A DNA stretch of 64,000 bases from Chitinophagaceae bacterium. GTDB taxonomy: Bacteria; Bacteroidota; Bacteroidia; Chitinophagales; Chitinophagaceae. The stretch is taken from positions 350 to 64,349 of the forward strand of contig JBHENB010000005.1 of the NCBI GenBank assembly GCA_046262255.1. Reading direction: 5' to 3'. This document shows, in pieces, positions 1 to 9,732 of this stretch. Every line of letters starts with the position of its first letter. Within the stretch, counting starts at the first letter, position 1. Position numbers and translations under genes: made by a program. Under the pieces are notes generated by a model. It was not told the origin of the DNA, did not search any database, and saw only the letters and a program-made list of their open reading frames with translations.

Positions 1-357
1 TTTATCACCACCTTCATTTATATTTCGAATGAATCGCAAGGGCTGCATAGTGGCAGTATCAATATACGTTTCATAACGGTCACGTACTTTGTAAATCCAG
101 TCATAAGAAGGGCGTGTACCGCCTTCACCAACAACATGATAGGTTGCTGTTCCCTCCCACTGTTTTAAATTAGTTGAAAATGTTACATGACCTGCATTAA
201 CATACACACCTGCCAGAGTATAATATACGTTATAGTAAAGTTGCTCGCCGGACTGGAAAGAATTATTCCTGATGCCACAAAAATCATTTTGTGAATTTGC
301 AATGAAACTCAAAAAGAAGCCAATAATTAAGGCCGGTACCCATTTACAACTCACCAT
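1..357 (-). CDS. DUF3108-like exported protein, N-terminal part (runs off window start)
   Basis: Manual translation from ATG at 357: MVSCKWVPALIIGFFLSFIANSQNDFCGIRNNSFQSGEQLYYNVYY...YDWIYKVRDRYETYIDTATMQPLRFIRNINEGGDK. Signal peptide present; open to position 1. Confidence 0.7.
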   Translation of the reverse strand, partial: MVSCKWVPALIIGFFLSFIANSQNDFCGIRNNSFQSGEQLYYNVYYTLAGVYVNAGHVTFSTNLKQWEGTATYHVVGEGGTRPSYDWIYKVRDRYETYIDTATMQPLRFIRNINEGGDK

Positions 358-469
358 TCATCACAAAAATTTTGTACCTGCAAAACTAAGAAGATTGCTG
401 CGGGACTATGCCTTTCAGGAAATATAGAAAAATAATTTATAATTGTAGGAACAGGGCAGCGGTGAATAT

Positions 470-1015
470 ATGCACATGTATTTTATAGCCATAGTATTAC
501 ATGATGAATTGAATCAGAAAGTAATTAAGCTAAAGAATATTATGCTGGAGAAATTTGACTGCAAAGTAGGCCTAAAATCTCCTGCACACATCACGTTAAT
601 TCCGCCTTTCTGGATGGATGAAGAACAGCAGCAAGAGTTAATAGCCGATATCAATTCCATTAGCTTAAACAGACAACCGTTTATCATAATAACTAAAAAT
701 TTCTCAGCATTCAAGCCACGAACTATTTTCATTGATGTAGTTGTAAGTAATGAGCTAAAGGCTGTTAAGCTTGCAGCTGATGCTTTCTTTTCAAACCAAC
801 CGCAATACAAGATAAAAGTAGATACTCGTCCTTTTCATCCACACATAACAATTGCTACAAGAGACCTTCACAAAAAAGCATTTCATGAAGCCTGGCCACT
901 ATTTGAAAATAAAATTTTTACAGAAGAATGGAAAGCAGAAGGATTATCCTTATTACGCCACAACAAAAAAAATTGGGATGTAATTCATACATCCCAATTT
1001 TCGTTGATACTATAA
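470..1015 (+). CDS. 2H phosphoesterase / 2'-5' RNA ligase family protein
   Basis: Two HxT motifs: PAHITL and PFHPHITI. Confidence 0.85.
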   Translation: MHMYFIAIVLHDELNQKVIKLKNIMLEKFDCKVGLKSPAHITLIPPFWMDEEQQQELIADINSISLNRQPFIIITKNFSAFKPRTIFIDVVVSNELKAVKLAADAFFSNQPQYKIKVDTRPFHPHITIATRDLHKKAFHEAWPLFENKIFTEEWKAEGLSLLRHNKKNWDVIHTSQFSLIL

Positions 1016-1023
1016 AAAATCTT

Positions 1024-2001
1024 TTATTCCTGCAGGTCAAAAAAGTGAGAAGGGCCTGTTGTTTTCAGCGGATTTTTTAAAACCACCTCAAATTCAGTCC
1101 AAATGTTTTTTACAATTTCCCCCGCAGGCAAAATCTCATTCAATAAAGCACTTACCTGTCCAATCTCCAGTTCTCCTTCCTCCAGGTCACCTTCTTGCAT
1201 ACCTTTTTTAGCCCTGCCTTTTCCTAAAAGCTGATTTAGTTCTTCTGCCGAAGCCCCGCTTTGCTCTGCTGCATGCACTTTTTGAAAGAACTTATTTTTC
1301 AATAACCTTACCGGCGTTATCTGTTTCATAGACAAAAAGGTATCCCCTTCTGCTGCACTAATCACTGCTTTCTTAAAATTAATATGAGACGAAGCTTCAT
1401 TGCTGGCTACAAACCGGCTACCAATCTGCACTCCTTCTGCCCCCAAAACCATTGCTGCCAGCATTTGCCTGCCGGTGGCAATTCCCCCGGCAGCAATAAC
1501 AGGAACAGAAACTGCATTTACAACTGCCGGAACCAAAACCATAGTTGTTGTTTCTTCCCGACCGTTATGTCCGCCTGCCTCAAAACCTTCAGCAACTACT
1601 GCATCACACCCAGCCTCCTGTGCTTTTAATGCAAACTTGCTGCTGCTTACCACATGTACTACTGTTATTCCGTGCTGCTTTAAATGTTGTGTCCACGTTT
1701 TTGGGTTTCCTGCCGAGGTAAAAACAATTTTTACTCCTTCTTCAATAATTATTTCAAGGTGTTTATTCCGGTCTGGGTAAAGCAGCGGCACATTTACGCC
1801 AAAAGATTTATTAGTTGCTGCTTTACATTTTTGTATATGTTCCCGCAACACATCTGGATACATGCTGCCGGAACCAATCAATCCCAGTCCACCGGCATTG
1901 CTTACTGCACTAGCCAGCTTCCAACCACTGGCCCACACCATACCGGCCTGAATGATAGGAAAATCAATACCAAAAAGTTGTGTTACTCTATTAGAGAACA
2001 T
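1024..2001 (-). CDS. FabK-like enoyl-ACP reductase / nitronate monooxygenase family flavoprotein
   Basis: PIIQAGM, EGFEAGGH, VIAAGGI and GVQIGSRF motifs. Probable start is the ATG at 2001 (MFSNRVT). Confidence 0.85.
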   Translation of the reverse strand: MFSNRVTQLFGIDFPIIQAGMVWASGWKLASAVSNAGGLGLIGSGSMYPDVLREHIQKCKAATNKSFGVNVPLLYPDRNKHLEIIIEEGVKIVFTSAGNPKTWTQHLKQHGITVVHVVSSSKFALKAQEAGCDAVVAEGFEAGGHNGREETTTMVLVPAVVNAVSVPVIAAGGIATGRQMLAAMVLGAEGVQIGSRFVASNEASSHINFKKAVISAAEGDTFLSMKQITPVRLLKNKFFQKVHAAEQSGASAEELNQLLGKGRAKKGMQEGDLEEGELEIGQVSALLNEILPAGEIVKNIWTEFEVVLKNPLKTTGPSHFFDLQE

Positions 2002-2133
2002 GAAGTAAAAATAGTTGACAAGTTCACATGTTAACAAGTATTTTCCTCCCCTTACCTTCATTCAACTTCGCATACTCAAGTAAAGACAAATAATACGTAG
2101 GGAAATAGAACCACATTTTTATAATAAATTAAT

Positions 2134-2373
2134 GTGCAAATTTGGGGATATGGAAGGTCTATTGAACCAACTCCTATTACTTCCTATAGAGGAAAGAAAG
2201 CATATCTATCAAATGCTGAACAAAGTATAGAACTTTCAGGAGAGGATTTCAACATTCGCATGGAGGATCTTGATAAAAATATATTGTTGGAAATTGATAA
2301 CAGAATAAAAGACATCAAAAAAGAAAAAAGCTGTTTAATAGAATTTGATGACCACATCTTAACCCTTAAATAG
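2134..2373 (+). CDS. Small AT-rich hypothetical ORF, possibly a decayed foreign gene
   Basis: 79-aa GTG-start ORF with no recognisable motif. An overlapping start-less frame (2084-2230) suggests a frameshifted remnant. Confidence 0.3.
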   Translation: MQIWGYGRSIEPTPITSYRGKKAYLSNAEQSIELSGEDFNIRMEDLDKNILLEIDNRIKDIKKEKSCLIEFDDHILTLK

Positions 2374-2388
2374 GAAGTGCCAGCCTAG

Positions 2389-2414
2389 GTCCCCCTTTTA
2401 GGGGGACAGGGGGC
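2389..2414. repeat. GC-rich palindromic element end (right-end type)
   Basis: GTCCCCCT-ttt-AGGGGGAC perfect 8-bp hairpin followed by AGGGGGC; same layout as the 3' end of the metG insertion. Confidence 0.75.
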
Positions 2415-2415
2415 A

Positions 2416-3408
2416 TCACCCCAAATCAATATCCGTATTATCTCCAATATTCAATGTCCTCGTTTCCCCGCGAATTCCGGTATCGCTACCAATGATGGAG
2501 TAATCCAGGACAATGTCAAATAAGTTAGAAAAAGATCCAATGATCGAATTTTTTATAATAGAGGAATCTACGGTAGTATTTTCACCAATAGTTACATTAG
2601 GGCCAATAATAGAATTATGTATATCGCACCCGCTACCAATACGAACAGGTTGGATAATAACAGTATTATCATAAGCCTGGGAAGACATGATGCTTCCGCC
2701 AAACTTTTTCAACAGGGTTGCATTCGACTCCAGCAGTGTTTCTTTTTTCCCGCAATCAAACCAACTTTCTACTTTAAAAGCCCTGAAGTGTGCTCCTTGT
2801 TTTATCATACAATCCAGCGCATCGGTAATACTGTATTCTCCGTGTGTACGTAAGCCGTTTTTAATAATACTATCCAGACATTGAAACATCAGTTCCGATT
2901 CTTTTATTTTATAAACGCCCACCAGAGCCATGTTGGATTTTGGTATTTGTGGTTTTTCAATAACGTGCATCACTTTACCATCAAAATCAATTTCTGCTAC
3001 CCCAAAACTCCTCGGGTCATCTACTTTTTTTACTCCCAGCATAGAATGAGGGCTGTTTATTACTTCCTGTACATCGTACTCACAAATGGTATCGCCAAGC
3101 ACCACAAACATGTCATCGCCTGCAATAATATTACGTGTTAGTTTTAAAGCATGTCCAATGCCCTGCCTGTCATTTTGATACACAAAGTGAGCCTCCAGTG
3201 TGGGATAATTCAACTTTACATAATCCTGAATCTTTTCACCCAGATAGCCAACAATAAATATATATTCTTCAATCCCGGCTTGCCTTAGCTGATCAATAAT
3301 AATCCCTAGTACTGTTCTACCTGCCAGTGGTATTAATGCTTTTGGTTGCGTGTATGTGTGGGGTCGTAGTTTAGTTCCGGCACCTGCTACAGGTATAATT
3401 GCTTTCAT
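2416..3408 (-). CDS. Sugar-phosphate nucleotidyltransferase (long-form glucose-1-phosphate thymidylyltransferase type)
   Basis: AGAGTKLRPHT and PKALI motifs, EKP motif, C-terminal hexapeptide-repeat-like region. Confidence 0.9.
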   Translation of the reverse strand: MKAIIPVAGAGTKLRPHTYTQPKALIPLAGRTVLGIIIDQLRQAGIEEYIFIVGYLGEKIQDYVKLNYPTLEAHFVYQNDRQGIGHALKLTRNIIAGDDMFVVLGDTICEYDVQEVINSPHSMLGVKKVDDPRSFGVAEIDFDGKVMHVIEKPQIPKSNMALVGVYKIKESELMFQCLDSIIKNGLRTHGEYSITDALDCMIKQGAHFRAFKVESWFDCGKKETLLESNATLLKKFGGSIMSSQAYDNTVIIQPVRIGSGCDIHNSIIGPNVTIGENTTVDSSIIKNSIIGSFSNLFDIVLDYSIIGSDTGIRGETRTLNIGDNTDIDLG

Positions 3409-3716
3409 CCATAAATGTTTTGATGAGCCTGGCGCACTTTTCTATAACACGTTCCATCATGAACAATAATTCTACACGATATAGAAAGAAGGTAACGAAA
3501 TTACTGTTTTTTAAAATGGAACAAAAACAAAACAATCCTGTTATTCAATGTTGCACATACTTATTTTTGTGAGTGCTATAGTGTTACCAGCGCAAGTATT
3601 ACTATTGTACTTCGTTGCGTCGCACTCTTGTACGCTTTTCACTTTACGCAGCAGCGTTATCAATTATTCTTCATTCTTCAATAGATGCTTTGCATTTTAT
3701 AGAATGAGGGATTAAA

Positions 3717-3739
3717 TCCGCTTCAGGGCGGAATGGGGG
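3717..3739 (+). repeat. Degenerate right-end palindrome directly upstream of glyA
   Basis: TCCGC-ttcagg-GCGGA hairpin followed by ATGGGGG, ending 4 nt before the ATG. Confidence 0.5.
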
Positions 3740-3743
3740 TATT

Positions 3744-5024
3744 ATGAAAAGAGACACATTGGTTTTCGACCTTATTAAAAAAGAACTGGAACGGCAGCGC
3801 AACGGCATTGAATTAATTGCATCGGAAAATTTTGCTTCGCTGCAGGTAGTACAGGCAATGGGCAATGTAATGACAAATAAGTATGCAGAAGGTTATCCCG
3901 GCAAACGTTATTACGCCGGCTGCGAATTTGTTGACCAGACAGAACAATTAGCAATTGACCGGGTAAAGCAAATTTTTAATTGTGCTTATGCTAATGTGCA
4001 ACCGCATGCCGGTGCTCAGGCCAATGCAGCAGTAATGCTTGCAGTATTAAAACCGGGCGATAAGATTCTTGGTCTGGATTTAAGTATGGGCGGCCACCTT
4101 ACCCACGGTTCGCCTGTGAACTTCAGTGGTAAATTATACCAGCCGCTTTTTTATAGTGTACGCAAAGAAACCGGTCTGGTAGATTATGAACAACTGGAAG
4201 AACTGGCACGCCACGAAAAGCCAAAATTAATCATGTGTGGTGCTTCTGCTTATAGCCGCGATTGGGATCACAAACGCATCCGTGCTGTGGCCGATGAAAT
4301 AGGCGCATTTGTAATGGCAGATATTGCACATCCTGCAGGGTTAATAGCAAAAGGATTGATGTCTTCACCTTTTGATAATTGCCATTTTGTAACATCCACT
4401 ACGCATAAAACCTTGCGTGGCCCCCGTGGCGGTTTAATTCTGATGGGAAAAGATTTTGAAAATCCAATGGGCTTAAAAGATCCGAAAGGAAATTTACGCA
4501 TGATGAGCCATGTGCTGGATATGGCTGTGTTTCCAGGCACCCAGGGAGGCCCGCTCGAACACATAATCGCATCGAAAGCTATAGCCTTCGGAGAAATATT
4601 ATCGGATGAATTTACGCAGTATGCACAGCAGATTCAACGAAATGCACAGGCTATGGCGAAAGTTCTTGTTGCAAAAGATTACAACATTATCAGCGGCGGT
4701 ACAGAAAATCATTTAATGCTGATTGATCTGCGTAATAAAAATATTACGGGTAAAAAAGCACAGGAAACGCTGGACAAAGCACGTATAACAGTTAATAAAA
4801 ACGCAGTACCTTTTGATGATAAAAGTCCGTTTGTAACATCTGGTATTAGAATAGGGGTACCGGCTATCACCACACGGGGCATGAGGGAAGAGCACATGCA
4901 AACTGTTGTTGATTTTATAGATAATATTTTATTGCATTTAGATGATGAAGCTTTGCACAAGAAAACCAGTGATGAAGTACATCAGTTTATGCAGCAATTT
5001 CCCCTATATCCGGAATTAAATTAA
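3744..5024 (+). CDS. glyA: Serine hydroxymethyltransferase
   Basis: [21 protein letters not shown] and [12 protein letters not shown] (PLP lysine) motifs. Confidence 0.99.
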   Translation: MKRDTLVFDLIKKELERQRNGIELIASENFASLQVVQAMGNVMTNKYAEGYPGKRYYAGCEFVDQTEQLAIDRVKQIFNCAYANVQPHAGAQANAAVMLAVLKPGDKILGLDLSMGGHLTHGSPVNFSGKLYQPLFYSVRKETGLVDYEQLEELARHEKPKLIMCGASAYSRDWDHKRIRAVADEIGAFVMADIAHPAGLIAKGLMSSPFDNCHFVTSTTHKTLRGPRGGLILMGKDFENPMGLKDPKGNLRMMSHVLDMAVFPGTQGGPLEHIIASKAIAFGEILSDEFTQYAQQIQRNAQAMAKVLVAKDYNIISGGTENHLMLIDLRNKNITGKKAQETLDKARITVNKNAVPFDDKSPFVTSGIRIGVPAITTRGMREEHMQTVVDFIDNILLHLDDEALHKKTSDEVHQFMQQFPLYPELN

Positions 5025-5034
5025 ATTATTATAT

Positions 5035-5451
5035 ATGCTACAACGTTTACAAAGTGTATGGTTATTCCTTGCCACTATTTTTAATGCAGTAACTTTCCGG
5101 TTTCCATTCTACAGCGGTGATTGGATGAAAGATTCCACACCTTATGTAATCGACCTGAATGCCCTTACAACCACCTGGCTAACTATTTTAACTGTGCTTA
5201 CTGCAGCACTGGCTTTTATTACCATCTTTTTATTTGACAACCGCAAGTTGCAATTGAAGCTATGTTATCTGGGCATTTTTATCACCGCGGTGCTTATTAC
5301 AATGTATTTCCTGGAGATTGGTAATTTTTATACTGGCACAGTAGCCATTTGGGCAGTTTTTTATTTTGCCATTCTATGTTGTTTTATACTTGCTGCAAGA
5401 GGGGTATGGAAAGATGAGAAACTGGTAAAGAGCATGGACCGGCTTAGATAG
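5035..5451 (+). CDS. DUF4293-family membrane protein
   Basis: MLQRLQSVWL N-terminus, four hydrophobic segments, DEKLVKSMDRLR C-terminus. Confidence 0.8.
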   Translation: MLQRLQSVWLFLATIFNAVTFRFPFYSGDWMKDSTPYVIDLNALTTTWLTILTVLTAALAFITIFLFDNRKLQLKLCYLGIFITAVLITMYFLEIGNFYTGTVAIWAVFYFAILCCFILAARGVWKDEKLVKSMDRLR

Positions 5452-5685
5452 CAGATGTAAGGCATTTTTTGTAGTTTGTCAGCCTGCGGACCTACAGGTT
5501 CAGTAATAGCGGGTCCTGTTAATGGAGCACAAGGCACTATAAGATACTCATGGACCAATGCCTCCGGAACTGTTGTAAAGATCAGCCTAAAGATGTTTAT
5601 GTATATACAGTAACGGCCATTATGGACGATCGTTCTGTTATTCATAAAAAAGGCGCCATTATATTACTTCGTTGATGAGAATGGG

Positions 5686-8559
5686 TCAGAGAAACCCTGC
5701 AGTATAGCTTTTTTTCACTTTTTTCAATCCTTCAGGCTTGCCTGCATAAACTAAATAACCTCCATTATCACCTGCTTCAGGCCCTAAATCAATAACCCAG
5801 TCAGCGCTTCTTATTACATCCATGTTGTGTTCAATAACAATAACAGAGTGCCCTTGTTCTATTAAAGCATTAAAAGAAACGAGTAATTTTTTTATATCGT
5901 GAAAGTGAAGACCCGTAGTTGGCTCATCAAAAATAAATAACACTTTACCTGCTGCTTTTCCTTTCCCTAAAAAAGAAGCAAGCTTTACGCGTTGTGCTTC
6001 GCCACCAGAGAGAGTGCCTGAAGATTGTCCCAATTTTACGTAGCCTAACCCGACTTCGCTTAATGGTTTTATTGCGGTAATAATTGCAGCCTCCGTCTTG
6101 CCTGTAACAGATGAAAAAAATTCAAGCGCTTCATCCACACTCATTTCCAAAACATCAAACACATTCTTTCCATTAAACTGTACTTCCAGCACTTCTTCCT
6201 TGAATTTTTTGCCATGGCAAACTTCACAGGTTAGATGTACATCTGCTAAAAATTGCATCTCAACAATCTTTTCACCTTCTCCTTTGCATGCATCACACCT
6301 GCCACCATCAACATTAAATGAAAAATGTTTTGGCTGAAAGCCCCGCATTTTGCTTAAAGGCTGTGCAGCAAACAAATCCCTTATACAATCCCATGCTTTA
6401 ATGTAGGTTACCGGGTTACTCCGTGATGATTTTCCAATGGGATTCTGATCCACCATTTCAACTTGTGTAATGGCATCCACATCGCCACGGATAGTTTTAT
6501 GAAAACCAACCTTATCAGCAGCTTCACCTTTTAATTTTTGTAATGCCGGATAAAGAATGTGTTTAATGAGCGTTGTTTTTCCGCTACCACTTACTCCGCT
6601 AACAACACACAATGCTTTTAAGGGGAATTCAACTGTAATGTTTTGTAAATTATGCTGTCGTGCTCCTTCTATAACAAGAGATTGATTCCACTTTCTTGTT
6701 TGTTTTGGGGCATCAATAGATAACTCACCATTTAAATATTTGCCTGTTAAACTTTTTTTAGTGCTAATAATATCCTTGTACTTCCCGCTTGCTACAATTT
6801 CACCTCCAAGGTGAGAAGCCAGTGGCCCCATATCAATAATGTAATCCGCTTCCCGCATCATCATTTCGTCATGTTCCACTACTACAACCGTGTTTCCCAA
6901 ATCCCTTAGCTCCTTTAAAACACGAATTAAATTCTGCGTATCTCTTGAATGCAGTCCAATAGAAGGTTCATCTAAAATATATAAAGAGTTGGTTAGATTA
7001 CTCCCGAGACTTCTTGTTAATTGTATCCTCTGGCTTTCACCACCGCTTAATGTATTAGCAAGCCGGTTCAGGGTTAAATATCCAAGACCTACTTTCAGCA
7101 AAGTATCTATACGATGAACTATTTCAATCTGAATACGCCTGGCTATTTCCTTCTCAAAATCATTGAAACTGGTAGCTGCTTTTTCAAACCAACTTTTAAG
7201 GTCTGTGATTGACATTAGGCTTAATTCACCGATATGTTTTCCATAAATTTTTACATATAAGGCTTCTTTACGCAAACGATACCCATTACAGTCTGGACAG
7301 CTAGTACGGCCGCGATAGCGACTCAATAAAACACGGTATTGAACCTTATATAAATTTCGCTCTACTTCCTTAAAGAAATCATCAATGCCATAAACATATT
7401 GGTTGCCTTTCCATAAAGTATTGTATTGCTCCGGCGCTAGATCTGCAATTGGTGTATGTACAGGAAAATTAATTTTGCGGGAAGCTTTTATGAAATGTTC
7501 TTTCCATTTACCCAGCTTCTCTCCTTTCCATGGAGCCACTGCACCTTCATAAACACTTAATGATTTATCAGGAATAACAAGGTCTTCATCTATTCCCAAC
7601 ACCATAGAAAAACCTTCGCAGGTTGGGCATGCTCCAAATGGATTATTGAAAGAAAATAGATTTGGAACCGGCTCCTCAAAAACTATCCCATCCAGCTCAA
7701 ACCGGTTGTTGAAGTGCAACAATTTTTTTCCTCCACCGGCCGATTCGACTTCGACATATACATCTCCTTCCCCTTCATAAAATGCAGTACCAATGGAATC
7801 GCTTAAGCGATGCTCATCGTCCTCATCCAATTCTTTTGCAACAATTCTGTCAATCAACACACCTCCTCCCATTAAAGGTGAGTTGGCAGTTTTGCGTGGG
7901 GACGATAATTTGGCCTTCAATTCATCGTCACTTAATTCGAGTAAGTCTTCGATCCTGTAAACTACGGAAAAATTTGGAGCGACCACCCTCGCAAAACCCT
8001 TTTGCATCAGTATGTTTAGTTCTTCCTTTACATCTCTGCTTCGATGTTGTTTGAATGCAGACAGAATATACACTTTACTGCCTGGCTGTAATTGTTTAAT
8101 AGCATTAAGTACATCCTTTACATCGTCTTTCTTCACCTCCCGGCCCGATGCAGGCGAAATAGTTTTTCCAACACGAGCAAAAAGCAAACGCAGGTAATCA
8201 TAAATTTCGGTCATGCTTCCAACAGTACTTCGGGGTGTGCGGGTAATAACTTTTTGCTCAATTGCAATTGCGGGTGAAAGCCCTTTGATGTAATCTACAT
8301 CGGGTTTGTCCATGCGGTTCAGGAATTGCCGTACGTAGGCACTTAAACTTTCAGCGTAGCGCCGCTGCCCTTCAGCATATAAAGTATCAATAGTAAGCGA
8401 TGATTTTCCGGAACCGGAAACACCTGTAACTACAATAAATTTGTTACGGGGAAAAGTAACATCAATGTTTTTTAAATTATGTACCCGTGCACCTTTAATA
8501 AAAATATCGTTGCCAGAATTTTTCGTTGATACATTTAATACTTGCTCCTGTTGTTTCAT
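5686..8559 (-). CDS. uvrA: Excinuclease ABC subunit A (Bacteroidota second-type UvrA)
   Basis: Two ABC ATPase modules ([32 protein letters not shown]) and Zn-finger CxxC motifs. Confidence 0.97.
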   Translation of the reverse strand: MKQQEQVLNVSTKNSGNDIFIKGARVHNLKNIDVTFPRNKFIVVTGVSGSGKSSLTIDTLYAEGQRRYAESLSAYVRQFLNRMDKPDVDYIKGLSPAIAIEQKVITRTPRSTVGSMTEIYDYLRLLFARVGKTISPASGREVKKDDVKDVLNAIKQLQPGSKVYILSAFKQHRSRDVKEELNILMQKGFARVVAPNFSVVYRIEDLLELSDDELKAKLSSPRKTANSPLMGGGVLIDRIVAKELDEDDEHRLSDSIGTAFYEGEGDVYVEVESAGGGKKLLHFNNRFELDGIVFEEPVPNLFSFNNPFGACPTCEGFSMVLGIDEDLVIPDKSLSVYEGAVAPWKGEKLGKWKEHFIKASRKINFPVHTPIADLAPEQYNTLWKGNQYVYGIDDFFKEVERNLYKVQYRVLLSRYRGRTSCPDCNGYRLRKEALYVKIYGKHIGELSLMSITDLKSWFEKAATSFNDFEKEIARRIQIEIVHRIDTLLKVGLGYLTLNRLANTLSGGESQRIQLTRSLGSNLTNSLYILDEPSIGLHSRDTQNLIRVLKELRDLGNTVVVVEHDEMMMREADYIIDMGPLASHLGGEIVASGKYKDIISTKKSLTGKYLNGELSIDAPKQTRKWNQSLVIEGARQHNLQNITVEFPLKALCVVSGVSGSGKTTLIKHILYPALQKLKGEAADKVGFHKTIRGDVDAITQVEMVDQNPIGKSSRSNPVTYIKAWDCIRDLFAAQPLSKMRGFQPKHFSFNVDGGRCDACKGEGEKIVEMQFLADVHLTCEVCHGKKFKEEVLEVQFNGKNVFDVLEMSVDEALEFFSSVTGKTEAAIITAIKPLSEVGLGYVKLGQSSGTLSGGEAQRVKLASFLGKGKAAGKVLFIFDEPTTGLHFHDIKKLLVSFNALIEQGHSVIVIEHNMDVIRSADWVIDLGPEAGDNGGYLVYAGKPEGLKKVKKSYTAGFL
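7861..7903 (-). repeat. Degenerate palindromic element inside uvrA (encodes [14 protein letters not shown])
   Basis: Minus strand reads gtcccca...CTCACCtttaatGGGAGGAGGT, resembling a right-end hairpin plus G-rich tail. Confidence 0.45.
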
Positions 8560-8567
8560 GTACGCCG

Positions 8568-8575
8568 CAAATGTA
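8568..8575 (-). promoter_or_regulatory. Bacteroidota -7 promoter element upstream of uvrA
   Basis: TACATTTG matches TAnnTTTG, 8 nt upstream of the ATG at 8559. Confidence 0.55.
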
Positions 8576-8789
8576 AAGAGCGGACGATGGAAAGCTTTTA
8601 AGCCTTAACAATTATTTTGCAAAAACACCATAATAAATATTTTGGGGTTTATTGCTTATTTTCAAAAAGAAGTATATTTTTACTGTCCAATCCAACATTC
8701 TATAACATAGTAACCTTAAATCGCCTATCGTCTAATTTCTACTCCTAATTTTTATTGTCCGTATCGACCATACCTAAACCGTAGGAGTT

Positions 8790-9371
8790 ATGACTTTATT
8801 ATCCCGGCTGACCGACCACGAATTGATTAATTCGTTTACTTCCGGCAATGTAAACGCTTTAGAGATCCTTATAATACGTCACAAGGACAAGTTGTACACC
8901 TCTATTCTTTTCCTTGTTAAAGACAAGTACCTTGCCGAAGATATTTTTCAGGATGCTTTTATAAGAATTATTGATACCATGCGCAGTGGCCGCTATACTG
9001 AAGAAGGTAAATTTTTACCGTGGGCCATGCGTATAGCACACAACCTCTGTGTGGATCATTTTCGTAAAGTAAAAAGAACACCAACTATAAAGACAGGCGA
9101 TGACCAGGATATTTTTGAAGTGCTGAATTTTACAGAAGACAGTGCAGAAGATAAAATGATAAAAAAGCAAAGTCATAACCGCATTCGCGACATGCTGGAT
9201 AAATTACCGGAAGACCAGCGTGAAGTAATTATACTGCGCCATTATGCAGATATGAGTTTTAAACAAATTGCTGAGGTTACAAATTGCAGCATTAACACTG
9301 CGCTGGGTCGTATGCGTTATGGATTGATTAACCTTCGTAAGATGATGGTACAAAAACAAATAGTTCTTTAG
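8790..9371 (+). CDS. ECF sigma-70 factor (RpoE-like)
   Basis: Region 2 (AEDIFQDAF, FLPWAMRIAHNLCVDHFRK) and region 4 (LPEDQREVIILRHY, SINTALGRMRY). Confidence 0.93.
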   Translation: MTLLSRLTDHELINSFTSGNVNALEILIIRHKDKLYTSILFLVKDKYLAEDIFQDAFIRIIDTMRSGRYTEEGKFLPWAMRIAHNLCVDHFRKVKRTPTIKTGDDQDIFEVLNFTEDSAEDKMIKKQSHNRIRDMLDKLPEDQREVIILRHYADMSFKQIAEVTNCSINTALGRMRYGLINLRKMMVQKQIVL

Positions 9372-9433
9372 AAGTTACAAGACACAAGCGACAAGACACA
9401 ACGTATTTCTTATTACCTTGTTTCTTGGAACTT
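9372..9433. repeat. Inverted heptamer array forming a hairpin (possible terminator)
   Basis: AAGTTAC-AAGACAC-AAGCGAC-AAGACAC, then an inverted arm whose reverse complement is AAGTTCC-AAGAAAC-AAGGTAATAAG. Confidence 0.65.
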
Positions 9434-9447
9434 TTCCTTAACATATT

Positions 9448-9621
9448 GTCATTCCTAATCTCCATCCAAAATTTTTGCTTGCCGTGGAAGGTTGGTTAGG
9501 AATGGCGCCTAATTAAATTCCCGAACCCTGAGCTTGACGAAGGAGTCGGAGATTTTTTAGGTACCAGCATTGAAATTCTATTTTGCATCTGTTGCAAGTT
9601 TATCCTGAGCATGTCGAAGGA
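9448..9621. repeat. Cluster of REP-like palindromes
   Basis: Inverted repeat GTCATTCCTAA (9448-9458) / TTAGGAATGGC (9496-9506). Direct pair CCTGAGCTTGACGAAGG (9527-9543) and CCTGAGCATGTCGAAGG (9604-9620), 15/17 identical. Confidence 0.7.
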
Positions 9622-9732
9622 CTCATTTTATCGTTCGGTAATTCTATTAAACTTTAATACTTACATTTATTTTGTTAAGTTAAGCTTACTACATCAGCAA
9701 ATAATTTACAGATAAAAATTTTCACATCTTTT

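Noticed and set aside
1030-1060. Shared TTCTCACTTTT between the fabK-like 3' end and the rsmH 5' end
   Set aside because: An 11-nt AT-rich match is plausible by chance in 64 kb.
3560-3740. tRNA or ZTP/THF riboswitch upstream of glyA
   Set aside because: No cloverleaf, T-loop or riboswitch consensus could be recognised by eye; a covariance search would be needed.
5361-5645. 94-aa minus-strand ORF
   Set aside because: Overlaps DUF4293 antisense and has no recognisable features.
9372-9621. CRISPR array
   Set aside because: Only two 17-nt near-copies and heptamer runs; no regular repeat-spacer series and no cas genes.
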